A stretch of DNA of 64,000 bases from Paraspadella gotoi (taxonomy: Eukaryota; Animalia; Chaetognatha): NCBI GenBank assembly GCA_051294375.1, contig CM119271.1, positions 12,377,190-12,441,189 on the forward strand, written 5' to 3'. A program made the position numbers and the translations under genes. The notes beneath the pieces were generated by a model that saw only the letters and a program-made list of their open reading frames with translations, was not told where the DNA came from and did not search any database. Positions 44,584 to 58,100 of the stretch are shown here, one piece after another. The stretch's first letter is position 1. The number at the start of each line of letters is the position of its first letter.

Positions 44584-44913
44584 GAGGGGGGTGTGGATTA
44601 TATCCCTGGGACATTAATTAAATTACTTATTTAGTAGTATTATTAAACCGAATCACATTTATTATTACTTTAATTATTTAATAACAGTCACAGTATTAAT
44701 TCTTAACCTTACATCGATTTTAAATCCATTAGAAATTATTTATTAATTATAATTAACTGTCCAAGACCAGGATTCGGACCAGCAACCTTGCCAGCCTTAT
44801 CAGAATCCTTTAACCACTTGGCCATTGAACCATAAGATAATAGATTCATCCTTTTAGATAAATCAGGAGCTTAGTAATTGTCCTTTTGTTTATCATCAAT
44901 CATCAAACTCCAA
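44584..44913 (+). mobile_element. Polypurine tract (GAGGGGGG, 44584-44591) followed by LTR-like repeat copy C (TGTGGA...TCCAA), containing a tRNA-like module at 44759-44831 (minus)
   Basis: A PPT-like run sits immediately before TG. The ends form an imperfect inverted repeat. This copy differs from copy A by several substitutions plus a few short indels. Confidence 0.55.
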
Positions 44914-46049
44914 GCGGCGTTCATATCAACCAAGTTGGATCCATCTGGTGATCAAATATGATTGACTGTTTCCTTTAGAGTTGATTCGGTTATTTATTTC
45001 ACTACTCATGCTCTCCACCTCGTGCCAGGGTGATCACCTTGTTTCCTACNNNNNNNNNNNNNNNNNNNNNNNNNNNNNNNNNNNNNNNNNNNNNNNNNNN
45101 NNNNNNNNNNNNNNNNNNNNNNNNNNNNNNNNNNNNNNNNNNNNNNNNNNNNNNNNNNNNNNNNNNNNNNNNNNNNNNNNNNNNNNNNNNNNNNNNNNNN
45201 NNNNNNNNNNNNNNNNNNNNNNNNNNNNNNNNNNNNNNNNNNNNNNNNNNNNNNNNNNNNNNNNNNNNNNNNNNNNNNNNNNNNNNNNNNNNNNNNNNNN
45301 NNNNNNNNNNNNNNNNNNNNNNNNNNNNNNNNNNNNNNNNNNNNNNNNNNNNNNNNNNNNNNNNNNNNNNNNNNNNNNNNNNNNNNNNNNNNNNNNNNNN
45401 NNNNNNNNNNNNNNNNNNNNNNNNNNNNNNNNNNNNNNNNNNNNNNNNNNNNNNNNNNNNNNNNNNNNNNNNNNNNNNNNNNNNNNNNNNNNNNNNNNNN
45501 NNNNNNNNNNNNNNNNNNNNNNNNNNNNNNNNNNNNNNNNNNNNNNNNNNNNNNNNNNNNNNNNNNNNNNNNNNNNNNNNNNNNNNNNNNNNNNNNNNNN
45601 NNNNNNNNNNNNNNNNNNNNNNNNNNNNNNNNNNNNNNNNNNNNNNNNNNNNNNNNNNNNNNNNNNNNNNNNNNNNNNNNNNNNNNNNNNNNNNNNNNNN
45701 NNNNNNNNNNNNNNNNNNNNNNNNNNNNNNNNNNNNNNNNNNNNNNNNNNNNNNNNNNNNNNNNNNNNNNNNNNNNNNNNNNNNNNNNNNNNNNNNNNNN
45801 NNNNNNNNNNNNNNNNNNNNNNNNNNNNNNNNNNNNNNNNNNNNNNNNNNNNNNNNNNNNNNNNNNNNNNNNNNNNNNNNNNNNNNNNNNNNNNNNNCAT
45901 TAGGTAAAAAAAACTGAAATTATAGACTACATTGCGTCTTTCTTCGATAAGGAAAAAGGAAAAATGTAAGAACTAATATTTGGCGGATTTTTCATAGGAT
46001 GGAAATTAAAAAATGGGTTCAAGATGGAAATCCCATCTGCTGAGCGGCT

Positions 46050-46080
<31 letters not shown>

Positions 46081-49000
46081 NNNNNNNNNNNNNNNNNNNN
46101 NNNNNGATCTAACATGCCGGTGGGTGATGGGAGGGGGGTGTTTTTATTTTTCTGTCTTTTTCTTTTTTCTTTCTTTTTTATCTTTCGCAGATAGGATAAA
46201 AGAAGGAAAAAAAAAAATAAAATCAAAAAAAATAAAAAAAAAAATGCTCTCCGTGAATGTGTAGGAAAACTAATTATGTGGCGGATTTTTCATACGGATG
46301 GAAATATTAAAAAAAAAAAAACAAAAAAAAAAAAAAAAGAAAAAATAAAAAAGAAAATGTTACAAGATGGAACAATCCATCTGCTGAGGCGCTTAGGAAG
46401 AGAGGAAGAAGAGGGAGAGAGAGAGAGAGAGAGGAGAGAGAAAAGGAGAGATAAGGAGAGGAGAAGAGAGAGAGGGAGAGGTTGCTCATTTATAAATTTT
46501 TCCTTTCATTATTCATCATTTATTCAGCCGAAAATATATATTATCCTCATCTCTCTTCCCCTCTCTCTCTCTCTCTCTTCTTCTCTCTCTCTCTCTGTCT
46601 CTCTCTCTCTCTCTCTTCACCCTCCCCTGTTTCAAATTCCATTTTGAGATTTGTTTTTTTATAAGACTCGTAAACGCAGTTCGATTTCCATTTTTACCTT
46701 TCCTTCCTCTTATCTTTATTTCTTCTTTCTATCCTTTTTGCTTTAATTCTCTTTCTTTCTTTCTTCTTATCTTTCTTTCTTTTTTCTATCATTTTGCTTT
46801 CTTTAATTCTCTCTCTTTCCTCTTATTTTTCTTTCTTCTTCCTATCTTTCTCTTTTCATTATTTCTCTCTCTTTCTTCTTATCTTTCTATCTTTTTGCTT
46901 TTTTTAACTCTCCTCTTATCTTTCTTTCTTCTTCCTATTTTTCTTTCCTCTATCTCTCTTCCTTTTTGTTTTCTTAAATTTCTCTACTTTTTCCATTTAT
47001 TCTTCATTCTCCATTTTTCATTTCTGACGATGAATTTTCAATTCTTCATTTCTCCTTCATTCTCCAATTTGAATTCCTCATTCTACATTTTTCATTCCTC
47101 ATTTTACATTTTTCATTTTTCATTCATCATTCTACATTTTTCATTCCTCATTATGCATTCTCAACATTTTATTTTCAATTTTTCTTCTTCCTCAATCTTC
47201 ATTCCTGATTCTTTATCAGTCATTCATTATATATCATTCATCACTATTCATTCTCTACTCTTAATTTACATTCTTCATTCTTCAATCTTCATTCTATATT
47301 TTTCTTTCTGATTTTCATTTCTCATTCTTACCTTTTTATTCTACATTCTCCATACATTTATTGATCATTCTACAGTCTTCATTTTTCATTATTCATCAAC
47401 CATTTTTCATTTTGCCTTTCATTCTTCATTTTTCGCTTGCTTTCATTCCACTTTTTTTAGTTTCCGTAATCATTTTCATTCACTATTTTTCTTTTTTTTG
47501 GGAATTCTTGTCTTTTTCACTTTTTAAATTCTTGATACTCTCTCTCTCTCTCTCTCCTGCATCCAACTCCTCTCTTCACTCTTACTCTTGATCTCTCACG
47601 AGTCTTTGTCGTTCACTTCTCGTCTCGTGCTCTCTGACTCTATCATCTCGTCATTCATCTCGTCTCTCTTCGATCCCGCTACCGCATCTTCTCCGCCGAA
47701 AAACTCTGCAGATCGCGCGCAATCTTTTTCTTAGTGGGACAATGTTGCTAATCTAGTGTTTCAAAAAAACTTCTATATTTAATGCGCGAAGAGACAGAAA
47801 TACAACATGCATTTTTGAACTTGTTTTCTCTCTCATTTTAGTGTGCGCGTATTTTTCTCTTTTTTTCCAAAAGTGTAACGTGATGTTGTGGTGGTTAACC
47901 GCTAGAGCATTCTGCGTCGATTTGTTCTCTATTTAGAGAGCCGCTGATGGTCGGTTCCTCTGCCAGATGGACATGGAAATCTGGCGGCTTGTATTATACG
48001 CGTGCGCCGTGCCAGTCTGTGTCCTTGGTCAGTTTTGAGAGCGACGAGGTTTGTGTCTCTGGCGCCGGAGAAAAACCGTCTATGAGACTTCATGTATCGG
48101 TCGGATCGGTTCTCCTTATGAAGATTGTGGGTACGAAGTACCAAGTAGATTATCTTGAAGAACTTAATACGCACTATTCATCACATGTCATAACTTTTAG
48201 ATTTATGTATAGTTCAATCAGTTTAATTAATTGTGCGTCTTTGAATGACTGCACATATAGTAAAGAAATATGGTACTACTGCAGCTAAAAGAATGGTTAT
48301 GAGAATTACTATGTATATGATTTTTACGTTGAGTGTTAGAATCTGATAGATTACATGGTACGAGATCTAGACGTAGTAATTGGCAGATGAGATAAACTGC
48401 TGAATACAATACAATTGTTTAGAGATTGCGCACATTTCCTTACGCGGACTTGGGAACACGATTGGAGCATCCTTTTATATTAAATTTCTCTATTGTTGGA
48501 ACTCATCAATAACCGTAACGCCATTAGTAGGTATTAATTGAAGTTAGTTGTAAATTCAGTTGACAGTTATAAGGACAATCGAAATAGCAATCAGCGTAGA
48601 TGCCCATTGAAAGAGCTGTGGAAGAGCCATTTGGAAGAGCTGTGGAAGCCTCAAAAGCTACAAAATATAACAATTTATTAATACTAAATTCCACTATTTA
48701 ATAATTTTCAGTAAATCAATCAATTACCTTATGGTCAGCAGTGGCAATCTCTTCAAAAACTAAAACGTTGCCCTTTCGTTTTATACAAAGACTAAATTTA
48801 ATGGACGCAATGAGAAGAGAGATCTTCTTAAAAATTATTGAGAATTCAATCATTAACTACTATTGGTAGAGAATTCGACCAAATGAGAGTAAAGATAATA
48901 TAAAATCATTAAAGTTGAAGACTAAAACCAATTGACGTGATTCAGATATTCACGAAGAGAATTTGTTTTGGAAATTAAAATCATTTCTAACAACAATGCA

Positions 49001-49695
49001 TGTCATAATGTGTTTTACTTTTATGAAACTTTAATCAAATATTTAAAATCGAAAAATATTATGCAAATGATATTTCAAAATCAGTCTTCGAAGAAACAAA
49101 TGAACTTAGGAGGCGCGATACATTCGAGTTACCCTTCCTAGTTATTGTTTTCTCTTTTTTTTCTTGCGTTTCCATTGTAAATTCCAATGATGTCCCATTG
49201 CAACTGCAACGGAATAATTACCATCAGCGCCATCCTTCTTTGAATGGAGCGCAACGGATTTTCTTCCCCAGCGCCGACAAGTTTACGCGGCTTTATGTAA
49301 ATCTAATGTAAATTTAACGTAAAAACGAGACATTTTTTTTTTAGGCGCACGATTAGTCACGGCTCAAGCGCCTCTTAACCCGTGGCAGTTTGAAAATGGT
49401 TTTCAAAAAAAAATGTTAAGCTTTTGGTATGACACGCATTATACGACAGTAGATTCGTTAAAAATAAAATGAGTTGGATATAAAAATGATAAAAGCTTCT
49501 TTGTCGTCGTCGTCGTTGTTGTCGTCGTTGGACAAGATGGGTACAAGTGGCTTCGGCATAAGTTGTAAACGACGACATTGATGAAGAAAAATCGAAAATT
49601 AATTGAGATTTTTTTCTTTTTAAATCAATTATGCTGTTATTTTTCATCACCGCATTTGAACCACAATCACAATCAGGCTTCCTTTTTACTATTCG

Positions 49696-49807
<112 letters not shown>

Positions 49808-50913
49808 TGATCTCGTGATGAAAAAGATCTTCGTCTCGTCATGATTCTCCTGACGCCGCCTGACGCCGCCCGACGCCGACTAACGCCGGCCGAAGCCCGA
49901 CGCCGTTAGGCGCCTCTGGTGGCCGGAAGTCAAAAATGAGGCCCCAGGCGGCGCTTGAGGGACCCGGCGTCAAAAAAGCTACATCAGCGGCGGCGGCGGC
50001 GGCGGCGGCGGAAGACGTTTGCGAAGAACTTCGTCGATTTTCGCGACGCTATGCGGCGCCCATTTTAAAAGCTACGCCGCTTTTTTAAAAGCGGCGCCCA
50101 TCTCCCGCGAATCGATTCTCGAATTGAGGCGTCTTGGCGGCGTCGTGGCGGCGTCGTTTCGGACCTCGAGGCGCAAACGTCGTCGGCGTCGTTTTCACAA
50201 AATGACGCCGCGCCCCTTTTTAAAAGCGGCGTCGCCCCGTGAGGAATTGAAACTTTTTCTCTCTCTCTCTCTAGATAACTCTCTCTCTCTCTCTCNNNNN
50301 NNNNNNNNNNNNNNNNNNNNTCTCAGTCTCTTTTCTCCATACTCTCGCTGTCGTCTCTCTCCTTTCGTCTTCTCCTCTCTCTATCTCCTTCGTCTCTCTT
50401 TCTCTCTCTCTTCTCTTCTCTCTCTCTCAATCTCGTCTCATCTCTCTCTCTCATCCTCTCCTCTCACCTCTCTCTCTACTCTCTCTCTCTTCGAGAAACG
50501 AGCGTCTCCTATTTTTCGAGGCCCGCGTGCTAAAAAAATTTAACGGAAGATCAAAAAGAACTTTTTTTCCCTCCTTCATTCTCTTATGGTCATTCATTAT
50601 CTCATTCATATCATGTCTACGCGTATTCATTACAAGTCATATCATATGTCATTCATTCATATCTATCAATTCATTCATTTGCATTTTCTATTGTTATTAT
50701 ATTCTTTTTTCTTCTTTCTGTCTTTCTTTTTTTACTTTCTTTCGGGCGTTTGAGGTTTTTATTATAAGCGAGAAGCGGTGATGATGGAAGAGAGAAAGAA
50801 GTCGTTGAGATGGCTCTCTCTCTCTTTCGAGAAACGACCTCTCCTATTTTTCGAGGCCGCGTCTAAAAAAAAATTACGGAAGATCAAAAAAAGTTTTTTT
50901 TCTCCCCTTCCTT

Positions 50914-51005
50914 TCATTCATTCATTCATTCATTCATTCATTCATTCATTCATTCATTCATTCATTCATTCATTCATTCATTCATTCATTCATTCATTCA
51001 TTCAT
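50914..51005. repeat. (TTCA)n microsatellite
   Basis: Perfect run. Confidence 0.95.
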
Positions 51006-52597
51006 TTTTGTTTTTATTTATTTATTTCTTTATTTCTTTCTTTCTTTTTTTCTTTCTTTCGGGCGTTTGAGGTTTTATTTAAAGCGAGACGGGATGAGGA
51101 AGGAGAAAGNNNNNNNNNNNNNNNNNNNNNNNNNNNNNNNNNNNNNNNNNNNNNNNNNNNNNNNNNNNNNNNNNNNNNNNNNNNNNNNNNNNNNNNNNNN
51201 NNNNNNNNNNNNNNNNNNNNNNNNNNNNNNNNNNNNNNNNNNNNNNNNNNNNNNNNNNNNNNNNNNNNNNNNNNNNNNNNNNNNNNNNNNNNNNNNNNNN
51301 NNNNNNNNNNNNNNNNNNNNNNNNNNNNNNNNNNNNNNNNNNNNNNNNNNNNNAAAAAATTAACGAAGCAAATTGAAAAGATAAAGTAACTTTAAAAAAA
51401 AGAAGTAAATTCTTTAAAAAAAAGAAACAGAGGTAGGGTATTGCACAAAAATTTAAAAAAATACTGATTTTCTTCATTCTATGGTTTTAAACCTTATATT
51501 TGGCCTAACCAAGTGTACTTTAATCATTAATTCCAAGTTTGACTTTTAAATATTTGATTTACGCCAACTGATTTACGTCAATTTGGAGTAACGTTTCTGC
51601 CTCCTTACTGCTGTCAAGGATATTCAACCAACATTTTTGAAAACGCTTTTTTCTACTTAAGAATACATTGTAGTGCGATAAAATATTCTGCGGATCCGAT
51701 TCCATTCTTGGTTCTGATTCCATCTGCGGATGTGATGATATAGCGAGTTTTATATCAGTTCGGCTCGACCGAGGATATTCTTGCCGATTTTTCGACACGA
51801 ACGTTTCTCTATTCCGTTCGGACTTATCTTGCATTTAAACTCTAGCAACTTTGAAAAAAAAAAGCTTCATATAAACAATATGAAAAATTGGAAAACGGTT
51901 TTTTAAATTCAAGTTTTAGCAAATTTACAGAAACTCAATCTCTTAATACTTAATTAGTAACTAATAAGACTTTAAATGAATAAGACCTAATAAAGACTCT
52001 CACTAAAGATAAAAAAATCGTCCCAGAAAATTTTTTTTTCTTGCCTTCAACAGACAATTAGCAGGTTGTTCTGTAGTTGAAGGGATCAGCTCCGTTTCGC
52101 CGACAAGTCGGTAATTAAATCTTATTTAAAATTAGGCCGATAACCGTTGAGTCGTCTAGAAATCAGAGTAAAGTATAGGTAGAGCTCACTTTTACTTTTG
52201 CTCTTTTTTTTTTTAGTCGGATTTGCTTATCAGCAGATTCCGACTCCATAATTCACTTTGTCGGTCCGTCGGTCCGCCCCCTCAATCTTGTCGGGCATTC
52301 ACTTATATCACGTCAGAACATCGAATTATGATAAATTGCCTTTTCCCCATCTCGTCTCCCACCTCTTCTTCAGCTTTCCATCTCTTCTTTCATCTCTTCT
52401 CCCATCTTCCCATCTCTACTCCCACTTTTGACTTTGAAAAGAATAAAATTCTTCCCGCGTTTCGATCCTTTGATCTCCCGACTTAAAAAATTCCGCCATT
52501 TTTTTTTCTTTCTTTTTTTTCTTTCTTTTATTCTTCCATCTTTTTTCACTTAATCCCTTTACATCCCGGTATCATTCTTTTTCACTCACTCTCTCTC

Positions 52598-52641
<44 letters not shown>

Positions 52642-53124
52642 ATTTTTCGAAGTGCTAAAAGAATAAAAAAGTGCCATAAAAAATCGTTCTTCGTCCTTTC
52701 ATCATATTTTCTCTCTTCTTCCTTTTTTTTAAATGACTTTAGTACTTTTTTTCTTCGCGAATTTATTATATTTATTTCCTTTCCTTTTTAACTTTTAACT
52801 TATCCTTTCTTTTTATTTTATTTACTATTTTAAAATATTAAACTTGCGTCTTTTATTGACTTTTTTTAACGAGTAACATACAATACGTGCAAAAATTAAA
52901 TTGTACAATTCATTTTTTTTCTTCAAGCCTCGTTTCAAATCCTCATTTGCATATTACATATTTGCATATTTTTATAATAAAATAGAAAAAAAATTTTCTG
53001 CCATTTACAATTTAATATTATAATTCATAGTTATCACGCGCGAATGTTTAAAGATAGTTTCTCGGTATATTATCCTGCTATCTTCCGAGACAGACAGACA
53101 GACCAAAAAAAACCCTTTGCTCAC

Positions 53125-53212
53125 CTGTCCAAAGAGTCTCTTCCGACTCCTCGACCAGGTTTCCACACTGCGCTCTGTTGGTTTCCCGGAGAAGTCGACG
53201 AAAACGATTTGT
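53125..53212 (-). other. Candidate isolated 88-nt exon (gene unknown)
   Basis: Polypyrimidine tract plus cgcag acceptor, CAG|gtgagc donor, GC-rich, open in all three frames; no recognisable protein motif. Confidence 0.35.
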
Positions 53213-54483
53213 CTGCGAGAAGAAAAGAAAAAAAATGAACATCGGGAGGTAGAGAGAGAGAGAGAGACCAGAGGGGGGAGAGAGAGAGCGAGAGAGAGAG
53301 AGAGAGAGAGAGGAGAGACGAGAGGAGAGAGAGAGAGAGAGAGAGAGTAGAGAGAGGATGAGGAGAAAGAGAGAGGAAGAGAGACGAGAGAGAGGAGAGA
53401 GAGCCCGCCTGATGAGAGAACAATAATTTAATCGTGAGTATTGAGGTGTGTGGAGAGGCGGGGCGTGGGGGTAAGACAAGGGAGATAAGAGAAGAGAGTG
53501 GACTGAAGATAGAAAGAATAAGAATTTAAAGATTAACTAAAATAGAACAAATAAAACTAATAAGTAAACAAAACCAACAAAAATGAGTTGAATAATTAAC
53601 TATTGACAAGTATAACGAAAAGATTTTAACAAAATAAAACAAATTAAAAATAATAAAGCGGAAATCCTGAAAAGTTTCGATTTTCTTTCAGATTCTTGAC
53701 AAATTCGTCTTAGGAAACTTTATACTTCCCTCGATTTCGAAGTCAATAACCGAAATTTGATAAGGAAAATGTCAAAAGCGAAAAAAGAATGACAAAAGGC
53801 AGACAAATATTTTAAAGACGAAATGACAAAATAACAAAATTATTAACTAAAAGTAAAAATGATGAATTGGTCATAAAATTTGTCTTTAATACAAATGATA
53901 TTAATCGAATACGATCGTCTTTTTTCAATCAATTAACGTTCCGATTTTTAAAAATGATTTTTATCGCGCCGAGAAGTAATCGTGAAGATTGATGTCAAAC
54001 AAATGACGCATCGTCAGACGAATCACGACGCGACGAGATGACGTCAAAAGTTGAAGTCTCAATTCAGTTTTGACGTCTCCCGAATAACGTCACTCAGTCG
54101 CGGATTTCATTCAAGAAAAAAAAAGGAGAAAACGAAAATTGACGCACGTCGCACGTCGCACGTCGCACGTTCGCGTTCAGAAATTGAATGAAGAAGACGG
54201 ACAAAACAAAGGCATACGATACAGGGTAAGGCAGACGGAACAAAGGAAGGAGGACGAAACAAAGGAAGTGTTCAAACTTTGTAGAACATTTGATAACTTG
54301 CGCCTCACTTCTAGTAATTTGAATAATGTTTTAACATTTCATTGATCGATTTTCTTAGTGTCCCTGCAGCGAGCAACTGACAGACGGATATTCGGACCGA
54401 TGATTTAAGGAATAGATTGATCATCGGAAAGAGAAAAATTAATTGATGTTGACCGTCGCTAGTTTTAGTGACCTTAATTGGAC

Positions 54484-54565
<82 letters not shown>

Positions 54566-54683
54566 TGGAGAAAAAAGAGGAAGATGAGAATAAAGAGAAT
54601 AAAAAAGAGGAGGAGGAGGAAGAAGAGGGAAAGGAGGAGGAAGAGGGGAAGCAGGGGAGGAGGAAGATGGAAAGGAAAAGATA

Positions 54684-54714
<31 letters not shown>

Positions 54715-55139
54715 AAAAAACTTTCTTTAAAATTTCGCTTCATCGACTGAAAACAAAAGAAGAAAAAGAAAAAGTTGATTTCCTTTTTTTCTTTTTTTTT
54801 CTTTTTTCTTGAAACAAAAAAAAATCGCGTCGACTTTTTATATATTTTTTTTTGAAAGGAATCCGAAACGAGTGGCTGGCGGCTGGCGGNNNNNNNNNNN
54901 NNNNNNNNNNNNNNTGACGCTGACGCTGCGTGCGGCTGCGGCTGACCGCTGGGGCTGACGGCGATAGGGGGGGGTGGGGGGTCGTTGACGTTTGCTTTAG
55001 GGGCCTAATTTTCGTCGTAACCTTGACGAAAGATTAAAACAAGAAAATGTCGATAACGGAGAAAAAAAAAGATAAAAAGAGATTTAGGCCTTCGCGCGTC
55101 CTCCTTCAGTCCCCATCTGAAAATCATTAAGAATAGATT

Positions 55140-58100
55140 GAACGGTCAACACTACGGCTAAGGGGGGGGGGAGAGGGGGACAGTGTTAGGATTTCAAGTG
55201 AGTCGGGCGTGCATGACGGGGTTTTATTAATATATTCTGCGGGAGGGTCCATATCTCCAATAGCATGCGTACATAAGAACTAGTAATTTTACGAATCCAA
55301 ACTGTTGTCAGTACGTTCGTAATAATGCGGTGTTTAACTGTCATTAGCGATAATAATCCATGATTAGAGTCAGTAGAAACGATATGGGATAGCTTGTGGA
55401 TGATAATATGTCCAGTTTTATCAAATTACGAAGAAAAAAAGAAATCGTCAATGTCATCGTGGGAAAGATTGTTAGTTCGGGAGGTAATGGACTTGTAAGG
55501 ACATCTCGGGCCGATTATTAAGGGATAAGAATTAGGAACATACTGGGCTCCGGCACACGCATTTAGTAACAGCGACAACGCTTAGTATCTTAATTTCGGT
55601 ATAACTAACTAACTATCAGGGGATGGCGTTCTTTCTTCTCTTACTTTCGTGTTGCGAATCGCTTCCAGCAAAGCCGGCTACATTTGGTCAGCACCGTTCG
55701 TTTCCACGCCCACTCATGTGCTGCCTGTTTATGCCCTGTGGGGCTAGTGAGACGGCAGAGGTGATTGAAAGCTTGGTGTTTCCATGGCTCTAAGGAGGCA
55801 GCCGGGACAGGGCGGTCCGATACTCGATGGGTACCAGGAGAAGGTAGTGGGTAGGGTAACTAGGCGTTTTAGGTTGTGAGATTATAGGAGGAGAGCAAAA
55901 TTGGCGCGGAACGAACATTCTCGGGGAAAACGCCGTAGCGGGAAGCGAGCGAAGGCGAGCCGCAGGCCGAAAACGCTGACGCGTGTGAAACGGGCAAATG
56001 CCCCTGCGGTCGGAACGGCGCGGGTCAGACGCAGAATCGCGACGCCTGACGCAGCGCCTACGTGTGGGCTTTTATCTGGGGTCGACATATCGCTGCGTAA
56101 GCGCCGGCGACGGATGAAACACGCATTCACGAGCGACCGGACACGTGTACAAACTGTGACAGTGCTTGCATTGCGAGCAATTCCTGGAAAAATGTTTGAT
56201 GTTACGTAGTTACCCTGGAGTGATGGATGAAGGGGGGGCCGCGAAGGTATCGGTAGCACGGGAACACTTACTTTTGAGGGTGTATTGTGTGCAAGCGCGA
56301 GTCGGTTTGTAAGATTACGGCACTCGTTGACACGTAAGATGTAAGAACCTTTCTTGTTATTCACACGCCAGGGATTTCTCTCCTCTTCATTAGTTTAAGG
56401 TAACTCTTAACGTCGATGGAATCCGCTTTTCGAGTGCAAATATGCTGGAAAAAATTATCGTAGCATTGGTATTCTTCCGGGTGATCTTTCATTGGAAAAA
56501 AGAAAATCTTTCCGGCTTGGATCCGTTGATACACTAAAAGTCAGGGAGGTCACGGTTTTATGATGGGTCAGATGCGCTGGAATGTCCCACAGCGGCCATG
56601 AGGAGAGGCACCTCGAATCGAGAACTGGCTCGGCTTACATCGCGAGTATCCGGCCGCCATTAATACGGCGCGCCGCACTAAGATGCGCGGACTAAACTCG
56701 TCACAGCGCGACTCAACACGTTTCCGCGGGTTCCCGTCGTGCGCCTGCGTCGGTACGTCGGACGGTACTGCCAACGCGAAGAACCGGCGCCCGCGCGTCT
56801 ATCCAACTGCCGACGCACCGACGATGATCGCTTTGGTTGACGGCTATCCCGCTTCTCACTGGGAGCCAAACTTCAAAAGCAGCAGGGCCAAGTGGCGACA
56901 GAGGCAGGGTTGCCACGGATGCATCTGTAGCCGTAGACGTACTTCGGGAAACTTCACGTGTAGCGTGAGAGAGAGAGAGAGCAGAGAGAGTAGAGAGGAG
57001 AGGTAGAGAGAGAGGAGGAGAGAGAGGAGAGAGAGAGAGAGAAGAGAGGAGAGAGAGACACTTGCGAGTGACATGATATGAGGCGAAGAGACAGCTGCAT
57101 CATAATCCGTTGCAGGAGAAAAATGCGAACCTAACATTGTTTGCTGGTGACAAGTATTTTTGGCGGGGAAGAAAGAATAGGGGTGAGGCCGTGGGGCGGT
57201 GGGGTCGTAGGGGCAGCGTTTGAGGGACATGTGGCGGACAGAAACGAAGGGCACATTACCTGTGTGGTGGGACTCAACTCGATCCGGGCAGACCGTCACG
57301 TCGCTAGATCTTCCGGCACGTGCGATTGGAGGAGGGATGGCAGTCTCTACAGTTAATTCTTTGCAGTTATCAACGCTATTTCAGTCAAAAAGAGTATGAG
57401 TAGGCAGGGTAAAAAAGAACAAATAATTCAAGCGAGACGCGCCAGGGACAAGACAAAACGTGTATACCGCCCGTCGAACGAGATAAAGTTAGAAAGTTGA
57501 AAGAGGCAAGAACAGGGTACAGTGAGAGAAGGGAGAGAGAGAAAGGAGAGAAAAAAGTAAGAAAAGAAATTGAAATAGATTAGGGGAGATAGTCGAATGG
57601 ATGTGAGAGTGGGATGGCGTAGAGATCCGTTTCGAGCAGCGCGGCGGGCAGCGTCATGACGAGAGATGTCGGCTAGCATAACCACGACGAACAGAAAGAG
57701 TGAAGATGAAGGTGTCTGACTAGAATAAGGATCCGCCGATCACAGGAAGACAGCCATCCGCTTGTTGCGGGTATCGAGAAGGCTATAGTCTACGCCTCGC
57801 AAGCAGCGGCGCCAGCGTAGAGCCGAGATGGGCTCTAATGAACGCACTACTGGGAGGGGAATTGGCCATGTAGGGCATTAAGAGTTTCGGGTGATTGTGC
57901 GTCGACCCTGGACTTTTGCTAACTCTCGCCAATGCATATGATCTATTCACATACATTATGTGCGACGCTCTACTCGATGAAGTAACGCTGGCGACGCGAG
58001 CGGCGAGCCGCCAAAAAAGACAATTATTTCGGGATGACCAAAATACAATGTAAATTGCTTGCGTTGTGTGATCACTATGAAACTTGGGTTTGTTATCTGG

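Noticed and set aside
51559-51834. 91-aa minus ORF
   Set aside because: No recognisable motif or splice context.
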